64,000 nt of DNA. It comes from Sphagnum compactum (lineage: Eukaryota). Location of the stretch: NCBI GenBank assembly GCA_965153455.1, contig OZ234493.1, positions 6,014,001-6,078,000 on the forward strand, given 5' to 3'. A program made the translations under genes and the position numbers. Shown piece by piece: positions 1-12,789 of the stretch. Numbering within the stretch: position 1 is the first letter of the stretch; every line of letters begins with the position of its first letter. The notes under the pieces are model-generated. The model saw only the letters and a list, made by a program, of their open reading frames with translations, was not told where the DNA came from and did not search any database.

Positions 1-2703
1 TACTTGCATATCCCATTGAAACAAACATTAGAAATAAGGTTCCAAGTGTGAAATTATATATGTGCATAGTTGATGGGTTTTGTGTGTAAGATATTTCAAT
101 TATAACATTGCATGTTAAATTTGCATGTGGTATTGTGTTATGCTTTATGCATAGATATTGTTTTTTACCTCAATCTAGAGTTAATCGTGAGGCATACGAA
201 ACACATACAACAACTCAATGTTGTTATAATGTCCCAAATGTTCAAAAAAAAATTCCAATCAATAGAACAAAATTTGAGTTCAGCAATCAATTGTTGAACT
301 AGTTTGAAGCCATTTAATTTTGGTGAAGGAGGAGGAATTTGTTAATGCAGATAGCACTACAGTAAATAAATTAATTAAAAATTTGATCGATCTCAAGATA
401 TAGAAGAAGCAAAGACATTGCTATATACTTTTGTATATCCCAAAACTGAAAATTTTCCAACATGCATGTCTTGCAAACTTTTGAATTTATTTTGGGGCAC
501 ACAACCAAAAAATCAAAGTAGGTGCTTGATAAATTGTGTGTGAAGACATTGATAAGTTGAGTTCATGAATACCTACCTTTTCACTTGCACGAGTATTTGA
601 TAGAATAGGTTTTTTTTTACACATGTAGACGTTTTATAACTTTGTAAAATTTGTGAAAGATATTCATTTGAATGAACTAGCTCTTTCTCACAAAACCATC
701 CTCGTCGATTTAAGCGGCCCCTGATACGTACAACCTTTTCAAGGTCAACTCATAGTACAATTGGTCAGATTGCGCAAATTTGATGGTTAAATGTCTTCAC
801 ATATGCATCGTGTAGGAAAATCAGCCAGCCAGAAGTGGATCAGTCATAATAAGTGTTACCCACCTGCCCCCTTCCTCCGAACCCATGAATGGATGATGTT
901 TTCATTCAGCTAGTTGGATCCGAAATCTCGCCCCTTATTTTCATCCAAACCCCTCCTAAGTTGACATGTACTTCCCAATCTCCTCTGTCAACATGTCATT
1001 TTGCAACTTATGATCGCACTCCACATGGCCCAAAAAGAGCTTTTGAAAAGATTGAAGTCATTTTGGAACTAGCACACACTTCTAGGGGCTAAACAATTGT
1101 TGGAGATTCTAAGGACATACATACAACAAATGTAAATCCAAGACATTGCAAAGAGCACTTGCCCTCTTCACACACAGAAAAAGACTCTTTATGGATGAAA
1201 AGTAGATTACATCTATGCTCAAGAAGGTCATTAGGGTTATGAGAAATAATGCTCATCTCAACGACTAATCAAAAGACAACACGTCAACAAGGTGTGCCTT
1301 CCGATTGATTATGGGACCCATGATTCACAACAAGATAAAAAAAGACATCAACCAAAGTCCACATGATATAAGAAGGCCCTTTGTTATAAATTATAACTTA
1401 TAACCCCTTTTGGACCCAAGAGTTCAAGCCTTACCAACACGACACTCTAGCAATGGACTTAAATGATCTAATGTGTTGTGAAGTGTAGTGCTTTCATAAC
1501 AAGCTGAAATTGTATAGTTTGAATATTTTGTGCATTATTGATTTAACACTAGAGTGTTCTTATCTTATATACGTTTTTCCTTTTATTTTTCCTTCCTGAT
1601 ATTGTGATTAATTTTGTTTTACCAATCATTTTCCATTCTTATAGGTTGGATATGTATGATATAATCTATCATTTTTTTGCATATTTTGAACCCTATCTAG
1701 ATCATGATTAATTAAGTTTCTTAAGGGTTTGTTGATACAATTTGTGGGGCCCAAATCAAGGGTGTGACATCAAAGTTGAACTCTACTACGGCTATCAAAG
1801 TGCTTGGGTGAAAGTTTTATGAAACACATGCATGGATATAATATCACGAACTAGCTCAAGGGAATTGCGGGGGGTATAGTGGTTTTTCTTAGTTTTTTGA
1901 CGCCTCTAGTAAATCATCTAATTTGTGGATTTGTCAATAGAATTTGGAATCTTGCTTCACATCATCTAATTTTCTTAGTGCATGTATTTGTTGTTGAAAT
2001 CAAGAAACAATGAAGTACTAGGTACTAGGAGCCAAACAAACAAACTTCCTTGATTTGCTGTTCATAAAAAAAGGACTTGCATGTCAAGTTTAAAATAATA
2101 CTTGTCATAAGTAAGTTGCTTTGTTCAGCTTGCAAAAATCATTTTTGATCAACCCATCGGCCACATTTAGGTTTCAATTGTCTAATTTGGGCATGTATAT
2201 ATTAATTTACTTAACCTAAGTTTCATTACCAAAGTTCCATTTAGTTTACTAGATCTTTAATTTTTTATCTAACCATTATTAAATTGAAAAATCATACCAA
2301 ATGTTGCAAATATGACCATGAAAACTCATTGCTGTGATATGCCAATTTTTTTCTCTATAGTAAATTGTTTGTGACCTATTTGACATTAAGTAGATGGCTT
2401 TTGTCAAGAATTTTTCAATATGAAACATTTATGCTTTTGACATGATCTTAAGCTCACAATGCAAAGGTGCCCTCACTTTTTTTGTCATTATGTCAAGTCC
2501 TGACTCCTCCTGACTCCTCATCAACCTTGAAGCCAAGTAAGTGTTTGGTACATTCAAGACACTCACTCACAAAAGCATTGAACACTTGAAGGACCAAATA
2601 GGTACTTACTTACATTTCAATCAAATGTGATAGGAATTTGATTTTCTTGTCTGGACTCTCTCTGATGCACAAGTGAGGACATTTAAGAAATTTGCATAAC
2701 CTG

Positions 2704-2762
2704 ACCAATTGTACTATGAGCTGACCTCCAGTCTTACCAATTGTACTGTGAGCTGACCTCCA
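2704..2762 (+). repeat. Short tandem duplication, 32-bp period
   Basis: ACCAATTGTACT(A/G)TGAGCTGACCTCCA at 2704 and 2736. Confidence 0.85.
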
Positions 2763-5340
2763 AACTGCAAGGCCTTTAGAGGTTGAAACTCTAATGACTT
2801 AAATCATATTCAAATCACTTCAAAGATTTAACATTTACAGTGTTCTTGATGGCAAGACAGCTTCACACTAAGAACTTGTGAATTCTTTTTTGTGACCTTA
2901 TTTCTACAACCATTTTACTTGTGTTTTTTTTTTAAAATCTCAAAGTAGCCTAGCTTTGGAAATTCATGTAACAAATTATTATAATCTGAGGAGTCAAATT
3001 AACCAAGGTCTATCAAACCAAGTGTCTAAAATATTTAATGGGATTGTCTTCAATTTTTTAAGGTCTTTGAAAATTGAACACCAATTTGAATTTGTGTATT
3101 ACCTTTTACCATGTACGCCAAATGTGGATATTATTTCCCACAAATGTTTTGTATTTTCATATATATATAGCTTTTATAACAAGAATTTTAATGAGGTCGA
3201 TACTTGGAAGTTGGATGCATGTCAAATACAAGAGGGCATCCTTTCAAGCTAGAAAAAGAATTATGGAGGTAAGATTCTCCATGAAGTTATCAATAATTGA
3301 TCAGTTTTAACTTGATAGAGGGCAAGTTTTGGTCAACCTGATGTATGCCATATGAACGGCGAAGGTCCAAGCCCGTAACATGGCTTTTATCATTTTGGCA
3401 TAGATTTCATTCCAATATTGTCCATGATTGAATCCATGGTTTGTTCCATATAAACTCACCATAATTATGTTATACCTATTGCATACTACCAATATGTTTC
3501 ATGTGATGTCCAATGTTTTTGAGAAAAATCCATGTTTATTAATGATTTTTCTAAGTGTTCCCCTATACATTCCAATGATTAACATTCCTTGAATTGACAA
3601 GGTATTTTTTAGCACAATCATTTTTATTTTTTTAAATGTGAGTTATTCAAGTTATTACATGTTGGAAATGGGTTTCTAAACAAGTGCAACAAGTTAAATG
3701 TAACTTCTTGTCCAATACAAATAGTAATCAAGTTTGAGCACATTTGCTAATGGTGCCCAATCGGGGGAAAAAATGTAAATTTTTAATGTACTTAATTTAT
3801 TGAAACATTATCTACCTATGTATAAAATTAAATGAATTTCAATGAAGGACATGTGATGCAATGGATTAGGAAAGAATAAGGGTTTGTTGATCATGAAAAA
3901 TCCTTTATCACTACTCAACCTTCTTCATGTGCCACTGTGCACAAAACACCTTAGATTTTCAAAATACCACATATTGGCAAATTGGAGATGGATTAAATCA
4001 TAAGAATGCAGCAAATACACATCTAGGAGTCAAAAATCATTTTGAATAGTGGTGAATATTGTGAACTTTTTTACATATCTTTTTCTTGGCATTTGAAAGT
4101 TATGTTAATCATTCCAAGTTGTGTTAAATGACTAATGTGAATGTTGAGAAATTCAAATTAAAAATTCATTAAATTAAATTTGGAGTTTTGGTTTTAGTAA
4201 AGAACGTTTGAATTTGAATAGTAGATATGTCATTTGTGGTTAATTTTGCAAAGAAATAGGTAAAAGACTCTTTAATAAAATAATTTTTATGGTAAAAATA
4301 GTTATATGATAGTAACCTACTATCTTCATTCAAAAAACAGTCACGATTTGAAAGATATGAAATTAGGGGGGGGGGGGGGGGGGTGTCCAAAGGAGGTATG
4401 AAGGTCATTGCATAATACATTATGTTAAAATCCCATAGGTCACTTTAATATCACCCAACCTAGGAAGCAAATTTGCATGTATAATGTCTTTTAACAAATA
4501 ATTTTGATTGAAAGATGAAATGAATGAAAAAAATCTTATTGGGATGCCCAAAACTTTGATCCCTTTGAAGGAGTGTTAAATGAAGATGGGGTCTTGAAGT
4601 TGACAAGGAAATCATATGGGGACCAAGCTACACATTTGTGAGGGTTTACATGTCATTCTACTAAAGGTTAGGCCATTGCAAGAGGCACAACTTTCCCAAA
4701 ACAAATGCAATTATTTGAGGAATATGGCCTTGTGTGATGTGAAAAAAATGTTCAAATAAATACATGAAACCACTTGTTAAATCTTTTGGGTGGAAACAAT
4801 AACAAAGGTGTTCAAATACCATGTTTAACAAGTTGCCAATAGATAAATGGAACACATGGTTAATGCCACTTAAAATAATTTGAAAGAATGTTTGAAATCT
4901 TGCCTAGACTAAAAATAAAAGAAAATAACCATCTAAGTGGGGATGAAAGACAATGAAAACTAAAATGGTGTTGGATGATAGGGGTGGGGAGGGAAGACAC
5001 AGGCTTGGTTAATGATCAATATATTCAAGAGTATTTGCTTATGTGTTCAAGAACCAAACTTTGATCTTTAATGGAGGCATTTATGGGGCCTAGGTAATGT
5101 TGTTTAGGTGATTGGAAAATTGAACTTGCCATTAAGGTGTCTACATGGTTTAAATGCTTGTCCTACACATGTTTCTAAATATTGCTTAACAAAAAATGAT
5201 TAAATCAACTTCAAGACTCTTAATGCCTTACTGATCCTCCTCAAGGGGGCAACACTAAACACCATTGACGAAATAACAAAAATAAATGTCATGTTGTTAT
5301 GTTAAAGTGCCTTACACCAACTTATCTAAAGGGAGTCATA

Positions 5341-5630
5341 CATCACAAACTTTTGCATCCCATGATTTGGTAATGGAAATTGTGTGATTTTTGTTCATAA
5401 CCTTTTTTTTTCACACGAATGTCATGCATTTGAAACATGTATGAAATATGTATAGTAAGATAAAAGATGTTCATCCATTTTCATATTGTATGAAAAAAAT
5501 TTCATATGTTTATATGTGCTTGATATGTGTTTTAAACACACAACATCCATGTGTAAAAGATATGAACCTATGAAAAAACAAATTTCACATGATTTCCATT
5601 ACCAAATTGTAAGATGCAAAGTTTGTGATG
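5341..5630. mobile_element. MITE (about 290 bp) with about 55-bp imperfect TIRs and TA flanks; Tc1/mariner (Stowaway-like) type
   Basis: Left end TA|CATCACAAACTTTTGCATCCCATGATTTGGTAATGGAAATTGTGTGA. The right end's reverse complement reads TA|CATCACAAACTTTGCATCTTACAATTTGGTAATGGAAATCATGTGA. The interior is AT-rich and non-coding. Confidence 0.75.
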
Positions 5631-6207
5631 TAAAGGTTTTTATACTTCCCAATGTAAAGTGACAAGGATGCATGAACATAAGCACATATGTGAAAAACCT
5701 AAATGGAAGGCCCTTAGGACATCAAGATTGGAGATTCAATACCAAGTTGTTGCAAGAGGGGAAGGAATGGAGGTTGAAACAAAAGTTGGAATAACAATAT
5801 GAAAGGTTGACACGAAAAGAGGTGTTCGGATAAACTTATTTGATGGGTGAATTCATAATCACAACATGGATAAGGTTTCAATGTGCCAAAGATGAATGGA
5901 GTGGAATCAAGGGTGTGGGTTGGGGAATAAAACTTAAGTTTTTTGTTTAACTATGGATGAAGTAATGTTCAAGGGCTACATGTAGATGACAATTTGGGGG
6001 ATTGATGGTGTTAGAAAATCGGGGCATCACAAAGTGGGTTGTGTTGTATCATTGCCAACTTTCTCTCCCCATCTTTTAGGGGGTGGTGGCCCTCATATCA
6101 TTAGTCCACACTACTCCAACCATGTTCCCAAAAACTTGGACCTTGTTTCCTCCACCTTTACCTAAAGGTTTTTGTCGAACTAATGCGCTTTCCTTCTTGA
6201 AGCTTTG

Positions 6208-6219
6208 CACTACAAGAAA
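6208..6219. mobile_element. CACTA (En/Spm)-type terminal inverted repeat
   Basis: CACTACAAGAAA matches 12 of the 13 nt of the canonical En/Spm TIR. It is followed by repeat-rich subterminal-like DNA and lies 3' of the minus-strand CACTA transposase fragment. No partner TIR was found. Confidence 0.55.
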
Positions 6220-7679
6220 TGCAACTATTTAAAATGTTCAACTTCACTAACATGTCCCCATTGACCGGAATTGATGTTCCTATTGATTAATTTAAGCTTG
6301 GGGCATGAAAGACGCATGTTACTTTTGACTAGTTCATTTTATTAAAATGAATTTTTTTACAATGTGTTAATTTGGAGATTTAGTAAAAAAGGATAAGCAA
6401 AAAAATAAAATTCCATCAAGATGGCAAGGTTTAGTAAATATAATTTGACACTAATTAGGCCTAATTGGTTACTTACATAGCATAATTAACAAGCCTATTA
6501 GTTATGCCTAGGTCAAGCCTCTCTACCTACCATAATTAGTTAACTTACTAACTATGTGTATGTTATTTATCTAATTTAGTTTAACATAGCTACCTTAAAC
6601 CATAAACTCTATACCTAAATTATTAACCAAGCCTTATAAGCTATTTATAACCTAGCATAATTAATAGGCTTGGCTATTAATTAAGCCTAAGCTACTTACA
6701 TAACATAGTTAACTAGTAGTAAAGCTAGGTTAGGTTATATAAGTAGCTTATAACTAACATAGTTACCTAGCCTATTAATTAAGCCTAAGCTACCTACATA
6801 ACCTAACATAACTAGTATATATGTTAGACTAGATTAGGTATCCTATGTAGGTTAGTTATGCGAGGTAACTAAGCTAGACAAGTTAGCCTAAGTTTAATTA
6901 ATAGGCTAGTTAACATGTTAAGTAATTGTCATGTACATCAAATAATAAAATATTTTTTAAAATAAATCTTTGGAATTTTTTTTAAGATGTAAAATTAGCA
7001 AAAGTTTTTTAAATCAAAAACTTAAATAATAGTTGATAATTTTTTTAAGAAGATGTAATTAACAAATTTTTTGAAAGGATAAAATCAACAAAAGCTTTTA
7101 GAATAATCTTGTAGAAAAAAAATGATTGGTGGAGTTTCTAAAAGACAAAATTGAGCAGAAATTTTAAAATGGTTGGTGGAAACTTTTAGAATAAGAAATT
7201 AACAAAAACTTTCAGAAATTATGATTGACAAAAGGTTTTAAAAGGTTATTTAATAAAGCTCATAAAAGGGTTAGTTGGCAAAACTTTTTTTAAAGTTGAT
7301 GAATTTTTAAAAGGTTTCATGAGATAATATAAGTAAAGGTTTTGAAGGTTGGTCTTTCAATTTTACCAATGCAAGGTGTGGCCCTTGTATTCTTAATCCA
7401 TCTCAAATTTAGCGTGCATCATGTTTTGTTCACACAATAAAGTCATTTAGTTCTTGTTCATTTTGGAATTCTTTGTTTGTCAAGTCCATATAATCTTCTT
7501 CAAGTTGTGTTCTTGTTTTATCCTTAACAATAGATAAGTTAAACTAGGTAGGTAGCCTAAGCCTAGACTTAACTAATATATAAACTAGGTAGGTTACATT
7601 TTGGTTGATAGGTAGGTTAGATTAAACTAGGTAGGTAGGTAGGTTTATAGGTTAGGCTAGGTAAGTGGTTAGATGGCCA

Positions 7680-8070
7680 ATACACCTAGCTACCTTCAAC
7701 CTACTTATTACCTGCATTCATACATACTTATGTATCCAAATTTGGGATAAATGCATCAAATGATTAAATTGAAAAACATTATCACCATATAATAGGGCAA
7801 TCCATTGGTTAAGGACTTGGTTTATTGTTGTGAAGGTGAAAGGTTCAACTTCTCATACGTGCAACCTATTCACATGCCTTGGGGGCTATTTTAGGTCGAT
7901 TAAATAAGGTAGCATAAGTTCAGTAGCCTAGGTTAGTGCAAATGGGTAAGCTAAAAGGAAGGTCAAACCTAAATAAAATAGGTTGTTTAAGTAGGTTCAA
8001 GTAGGCTAATAGGTAGGTAAATTACCTACCTACTATTTTTGACCTAGCAACATATCTATTATTTGACTAT
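7680..8070 (+). repeat. Left arm of a diverged ~400-bp inverted repeat (partner ~11535-11900), with TAGG/CCTA low-complexity tracts and a tRNA-like module
   Basis: 7795-7885 (TCCATTGGTTAAGGAC...AGGTTCAACTTCT...CACATGCCTTGGGGG) aligns to the reverse complement of 11702-11793. Similarity extends on both sides. Confidence 0.7.
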
Positions 8071-10429
8071 TATTAATAAATTATTGTCAAAAAATAATTA
8101 AAACATATTTTTTAAATCACTATAATTTTATTTTTCTTTTACCAACCAAGAAAAAAATAAGTTCATGTCCTCAATGATTATATCAATGACTTAAGTCATT
8201 TCTATGTATATTAATTATTAATCATGTAAATAAGTCATGAATATAGTCCTGGATGAAAATTATGTTAGACATAAATTTTTTATTTAAAATTTTCGTCCAC
8301 CATTTTACATTTGTTACAATTTTCAAAAAAAATTAAAGAAATAACAAGTTGACATGGATCAATTTTTTTTTTAAGAAGTAAAAATACACATATTAATTAT
8401 GACTATGATTTGATATACTCAAAATGATGTGGAAAATATTGTGATGATGTGGATTTTAAAAAAATCTTCAATCATAGGAAAATGGTTCCCACTTTGTGAT
8501 GTGGCATCTAAAATTTTAACTTCCCTTTTCGACGACTAAATCATTATTTCCAAATCAATATGGCATTGTGAATAATAACAAAATGACTTGCATATGGTGA
8601 TGTGGCATACAATCTTTTCAATCATTGCAAATTATTACAAAATGATTTACATATAGTGATCCAAATAGGAATTCCATTAAAGATTAAAGAATTACTACAA
8701 AAAGACTAATGAAACCTGATGTGGATAGTAATTAAAATAACTTGGGAATTATTACGAGGAATACTTATGTAATGATTTGAAGATGGTATAATATGTGCAA
8801 AATTCAAAACTACTTTTACAATGGTTTGAAGTTTTATTGCATATTTGGGATACTGTTGCTAGGATGAAAGCACACCACAATGACCCTCTTTGGGGCACTT
8901 TTGAATACAATATTAAAATACATACATTATAATTGTTCCATGAGTATGGTACATTTAATTTTGGGTTTCAATTTTGGTTTGTGGGCCTTAAAATTATTGT
9001 TTTTACAAAAATAATGTTCTGTAATTTTATTTTATTTTTTTAAATTTTCATTATCTACATTGAAGGATCCATGAATATATTTATAATATACATTGGTATA
9101 ATAGGGCCACTGTCTTGTTTTGACTCCACTAATTTTAAGGTTTCATTAATCATTAAAATAATTAATTTAAACGATTATTTTTAAATGGCCCATCTATCTA
9201 CCTACGGTTGTCATCTTCCATGTGAAAGTGGTTACTTGTCAAATTTTGAATTTACCATACATTTATCAGATCTTTGTTGAAAAAAATCATTTTTTGAAAT
9301 GAAAATTTTCTAATTAATCACGTGGTATCCAAACATGGTTTAAACTATGTGAAATGACATGGTTCAATATATTTTCAACTTTCATAAAGATTAATATTCA
9401 TTTAAATTATTTGGAATATATTTGTGTTTTTGAGTACACATGTACACTACATTTGTTTCTACAAATATACTCCAATCTCCCACTTTAAAAAATGAAATGA
9501 AATAGTTTCTTTTCTAATATCTTGCCTAGGTTATATTCTAGCATAATAGGCAAAAATATTGTGAAATTCTTTCAAAAATTTGAGGTGGGATACACTCAAA
9601 CATGCATACCCTTGAAAAATAATACAATGTCACACCCCAAAGGGGGTCACCATAGTTGTGCTTTCACCCATTATGATGTCTAACTTGTCAAAAAAAACAT
9701 AAATGGCATAGTCCACAACAAGGTTAATATTTAAACCAAAACATCACCATCAAACAATGTACAACAATCACAAAATGTTAATGGATTTTAGAGTGGAAAT
9801 ACATGTAAGAATGAAGAACAAAAAATCATATTAAAACACTAAAAAGGACATGTAAAATTTGCACAGCTATGTATATTCTCACATGCAAGTGTTTAATAAC
9901 CTTAAAATCTTGCCATTTTATTGCCAAGTATCATAATCAAAATTGAATGTCTTTTAGTACTCCAACAAATTTCACTCAAACATCTTTATCATCAAAAATT
10001 GGTAGATCAAACACTAAAGCAATGTCATTATATAATGTTTACATTGAGTTCCTCTTTAAATTTTAATTACCTTAAAGTCGTTCCCCCGTGCTTTCATTTG
10101 CTCATGTATTGAGTTGCTATTTGAAATGGCTTATTACATAGTAGCACCTTGTCCAAATCTTTTGGGTTGTTTAAATCCATTGGGTGGCCATGTACAACAT
10201 TTTTAACCATTCAACCAAAGATGGCAAATTTGGGTTGGTCATGGCTTGTTCCAACTTCCACTTCCTACATTTAAATTGTCATACAAAGCCCTATTGGGAA
10301 TAACAAGTGAATGACATCTTTTTAAAAACAGAGGAGACATAAGAAATCTCAAAGATTCATGACCTAACTATTCACAATTTGAAAGTAATAATGGATCTTG
10401 TATTTATTTGAGCCAAGGTGACATTATGG

Positions 10430-10900
10430 TAATGTTGGTTAGTACATATTGGTGAACAAGGTCATGCAAGGCTAGAGTCATAAAAAAATTATGTCCAACA
10501 CCTTTCAAAATTCATTGGCATCTCATTCTTCTTCCTCAGCATCCCATATGTGCCACTACACGACCTCAAATCTTTGCAAATACTCAATTATGAAACCAAT
10601 GCATTGATCTATAATTTATCCTTCAACCATGGACCTTCTAAGCCTTGCAATATTACACACACAAGTCTTTATGGTTTTTGTGTACCATTCCACTGGATGC
10701 ATCCATCTAGTGGCAAATAATCCACGCAAATCTAACTCATCCACAAGATGACACAACAAATGAATCATGATGTTGAAAAAGGGAGGTGGGAAATGGATTT
10801 CTAGCAAAGCAAGTTTAGCTACAACATTTATTGAAAATGACTTAATTTCAATAGGATTCCAAACCTTGTTACATATCTACTTAATTTTTAAAAAATTCTC
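10430..10900 (-). mobile_element. Degenerate CACTA/En-Spm transposase fragment (DUF4218 region)
   Basis: ORF 10616-10807 reads LEIHFPPPFFNIMIHLLCHLVDELDLRGLFATRWMHPVEWYTKTIK...SMVEG, matching the TnpD pattern LE..FPPSFFDIM.HL..HL..E...GP...RWMYP.ER..K..K.V.N.ARPEGS..EG. Flanks are disrupted and boundaries approximate. Confidence 0.85.
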
Positions 10901-11534
10901 ATCACTACCATCCCAGGCATTGTTGCTAAAAAACCTTGTACTAAACTTCATAAAAATCATTAACAATTTTTTTTTGATTGATAAACAAGTCTAAATTTCA
11001 CAAAATTCAAACAACTAATTAACATGATCTTCAGATGTTGCCACATAGGTGTCTTCAAGTGTTGTTCATGGTCAAATACAAAATTGTTTGATACTGTAAA
11101 TTTTTTTTAAACACATAGGTCATGGCAACAGGACTTGATTTATTGACCTAATTTTTAGAGCTCCTAGTTTTTGCAACCATCAATCCAAAATTGGAGCATT
11201 AAACTCCAACATATTATGTATATAAGAGTTATATATTCAAAGCTCAAAAAAAAAATTGTTTGATCCAAAACATTTTCAAAACCCTAGTTTTTTTTACATA
11301 GCCCATAACTTAGAGATACAATTTTGATGGATTTTTGGTAACTACTAAAATTCTTGATTTTTTGAACTAGAAATTATGGTTAAAAAAACTAGATTTGGAC
11401 AAGGATCAAAAAGACCCCTTGTCATTTTGTACAAGTTGATTTTAAATGTCCAATGTGATTGGGGTGGTCTTTGTGACTAGTAGAATAAAGACTAGTTGAC
11501 TGGTCATTTTGACTAATGAATAATGGACTATTTG

Positions 11535-11900
11535 ACTAGTCAAATTATTAAAAAAATATTTATCAAAAATATTTTTTTGTAGGCAGGTAGGTCATGAAAA
11601 TGTAGGTAGGTAGGTGGTGGCCTACCTTATCCTACCTATTTCACCTAATTTAACCTAACATAATATAGCCTATTGAATTTACCATAACCTACCTACCTTG
11701 ACCCCCTAAGCATGTACATAGGTCACAACTATCAGGAATTGAACCCTTGACCTCCCCAATGATAAATTAAATCCTTAACCAATGGACCACACCATCAACT
11801 TTTGTCAATTTTTTAATTTCACATCTTTATTTCGACACATCATTACAAGACTATGAGATACATAGGTAGGTGGGTGGGAAGGTAGGTTGTAGTAGGTAAT
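11535..11900 (-). repeat. Right arm of the diverged inverted repeat (partner ~7680-8070)
   Basis: Reverse complement reads GGTGTGGTCCATTGGTTAAGGATTTAATTTATCATTGGGGAGGTCAAGGGTTCAATTCCTGATAGTTGTGACCTATGTACATGCTTAGGGGG. Confidence 0.7.
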
Positions 11901-12789
11901 TAATTAGTATGTGGGTGGGTGGGTAGATAGGTAAATAAGTAGGTAATAATTAATAGGTAGGTGGGCGGGCGGGTAGGTAGGCAGGTTGTATCAGGTCATG
12001 AAAGGTCAACAAGAAGACCCTTGACAAAGTTTGATTCAATGAAAAAGACACTACATATCAGCCCCCTAATCTAAACCTACTTATTAAAAGAATCCTATAA
12101 ACCTCCTCCCTCCTTATTGTCCCTTATGCAATGCACTTGTTAATACGAGGATAAGATAATATGTACCTTATAATGTCATAGACGAACCAATCTAAGACAT
12201 TCATAACTTGTCGAGGTCACCTTCACTTTAATGTAAGGTGGGATAAAACTTCATCCTAACCCACTTGGAAACTAGGTTTGCCCAAAAATTCTTCCTTTCC
12301 ACCTATTAACCTTTATCCTACTTGAACCCCCTTCTAACACCCAACAAAATAGTTTTTTGACCTAACAAAATAGATTAGGCTAATTTGTGCCCAAAACAAG
12401 GGCGAATATATTTTTTCCAACCTTCATGTCCTTTAGAATGGGTGGACCTATTTTTCACCCCCTTCGACCATGTTCTTTTTCAGAATGGGTGGACAACTTT
12501 TTGTTTCCCTTGCAATCACCTTCTCTTTTGAAATAAATTGACATTTTCCTACCTCCTTAACCTTGCCTTCTCTTAATATGGGTGGATATGCTTCCCTCTC
12601 TATCATCCACTCCAACGGTCTTCTTTAGGAGAGCTAAATAAAGCTTATTAGTTTAGGCATGTTTAAAGCAATTTCATTTCATTCTCATGTTATTTTAATT
12701 TTAACTATCTCTTCACCATTTCACAATCTTGAAAACCACAAGCATCCCCTATAGTGATATTAGAAAATTAGATATGTTCTACCCACCAC

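Noticed and set aside
855..1769. Possible solo LTR ending in GGGTGTGACA
   Set aside because: The 5' boundary and TSD could not be established.
3200..5200. Possible CACTA Transposase_21 debris
   Set aside because: Only faint motif resemblance (GLGNV, NACPT). Too decayed to support without a profile search.
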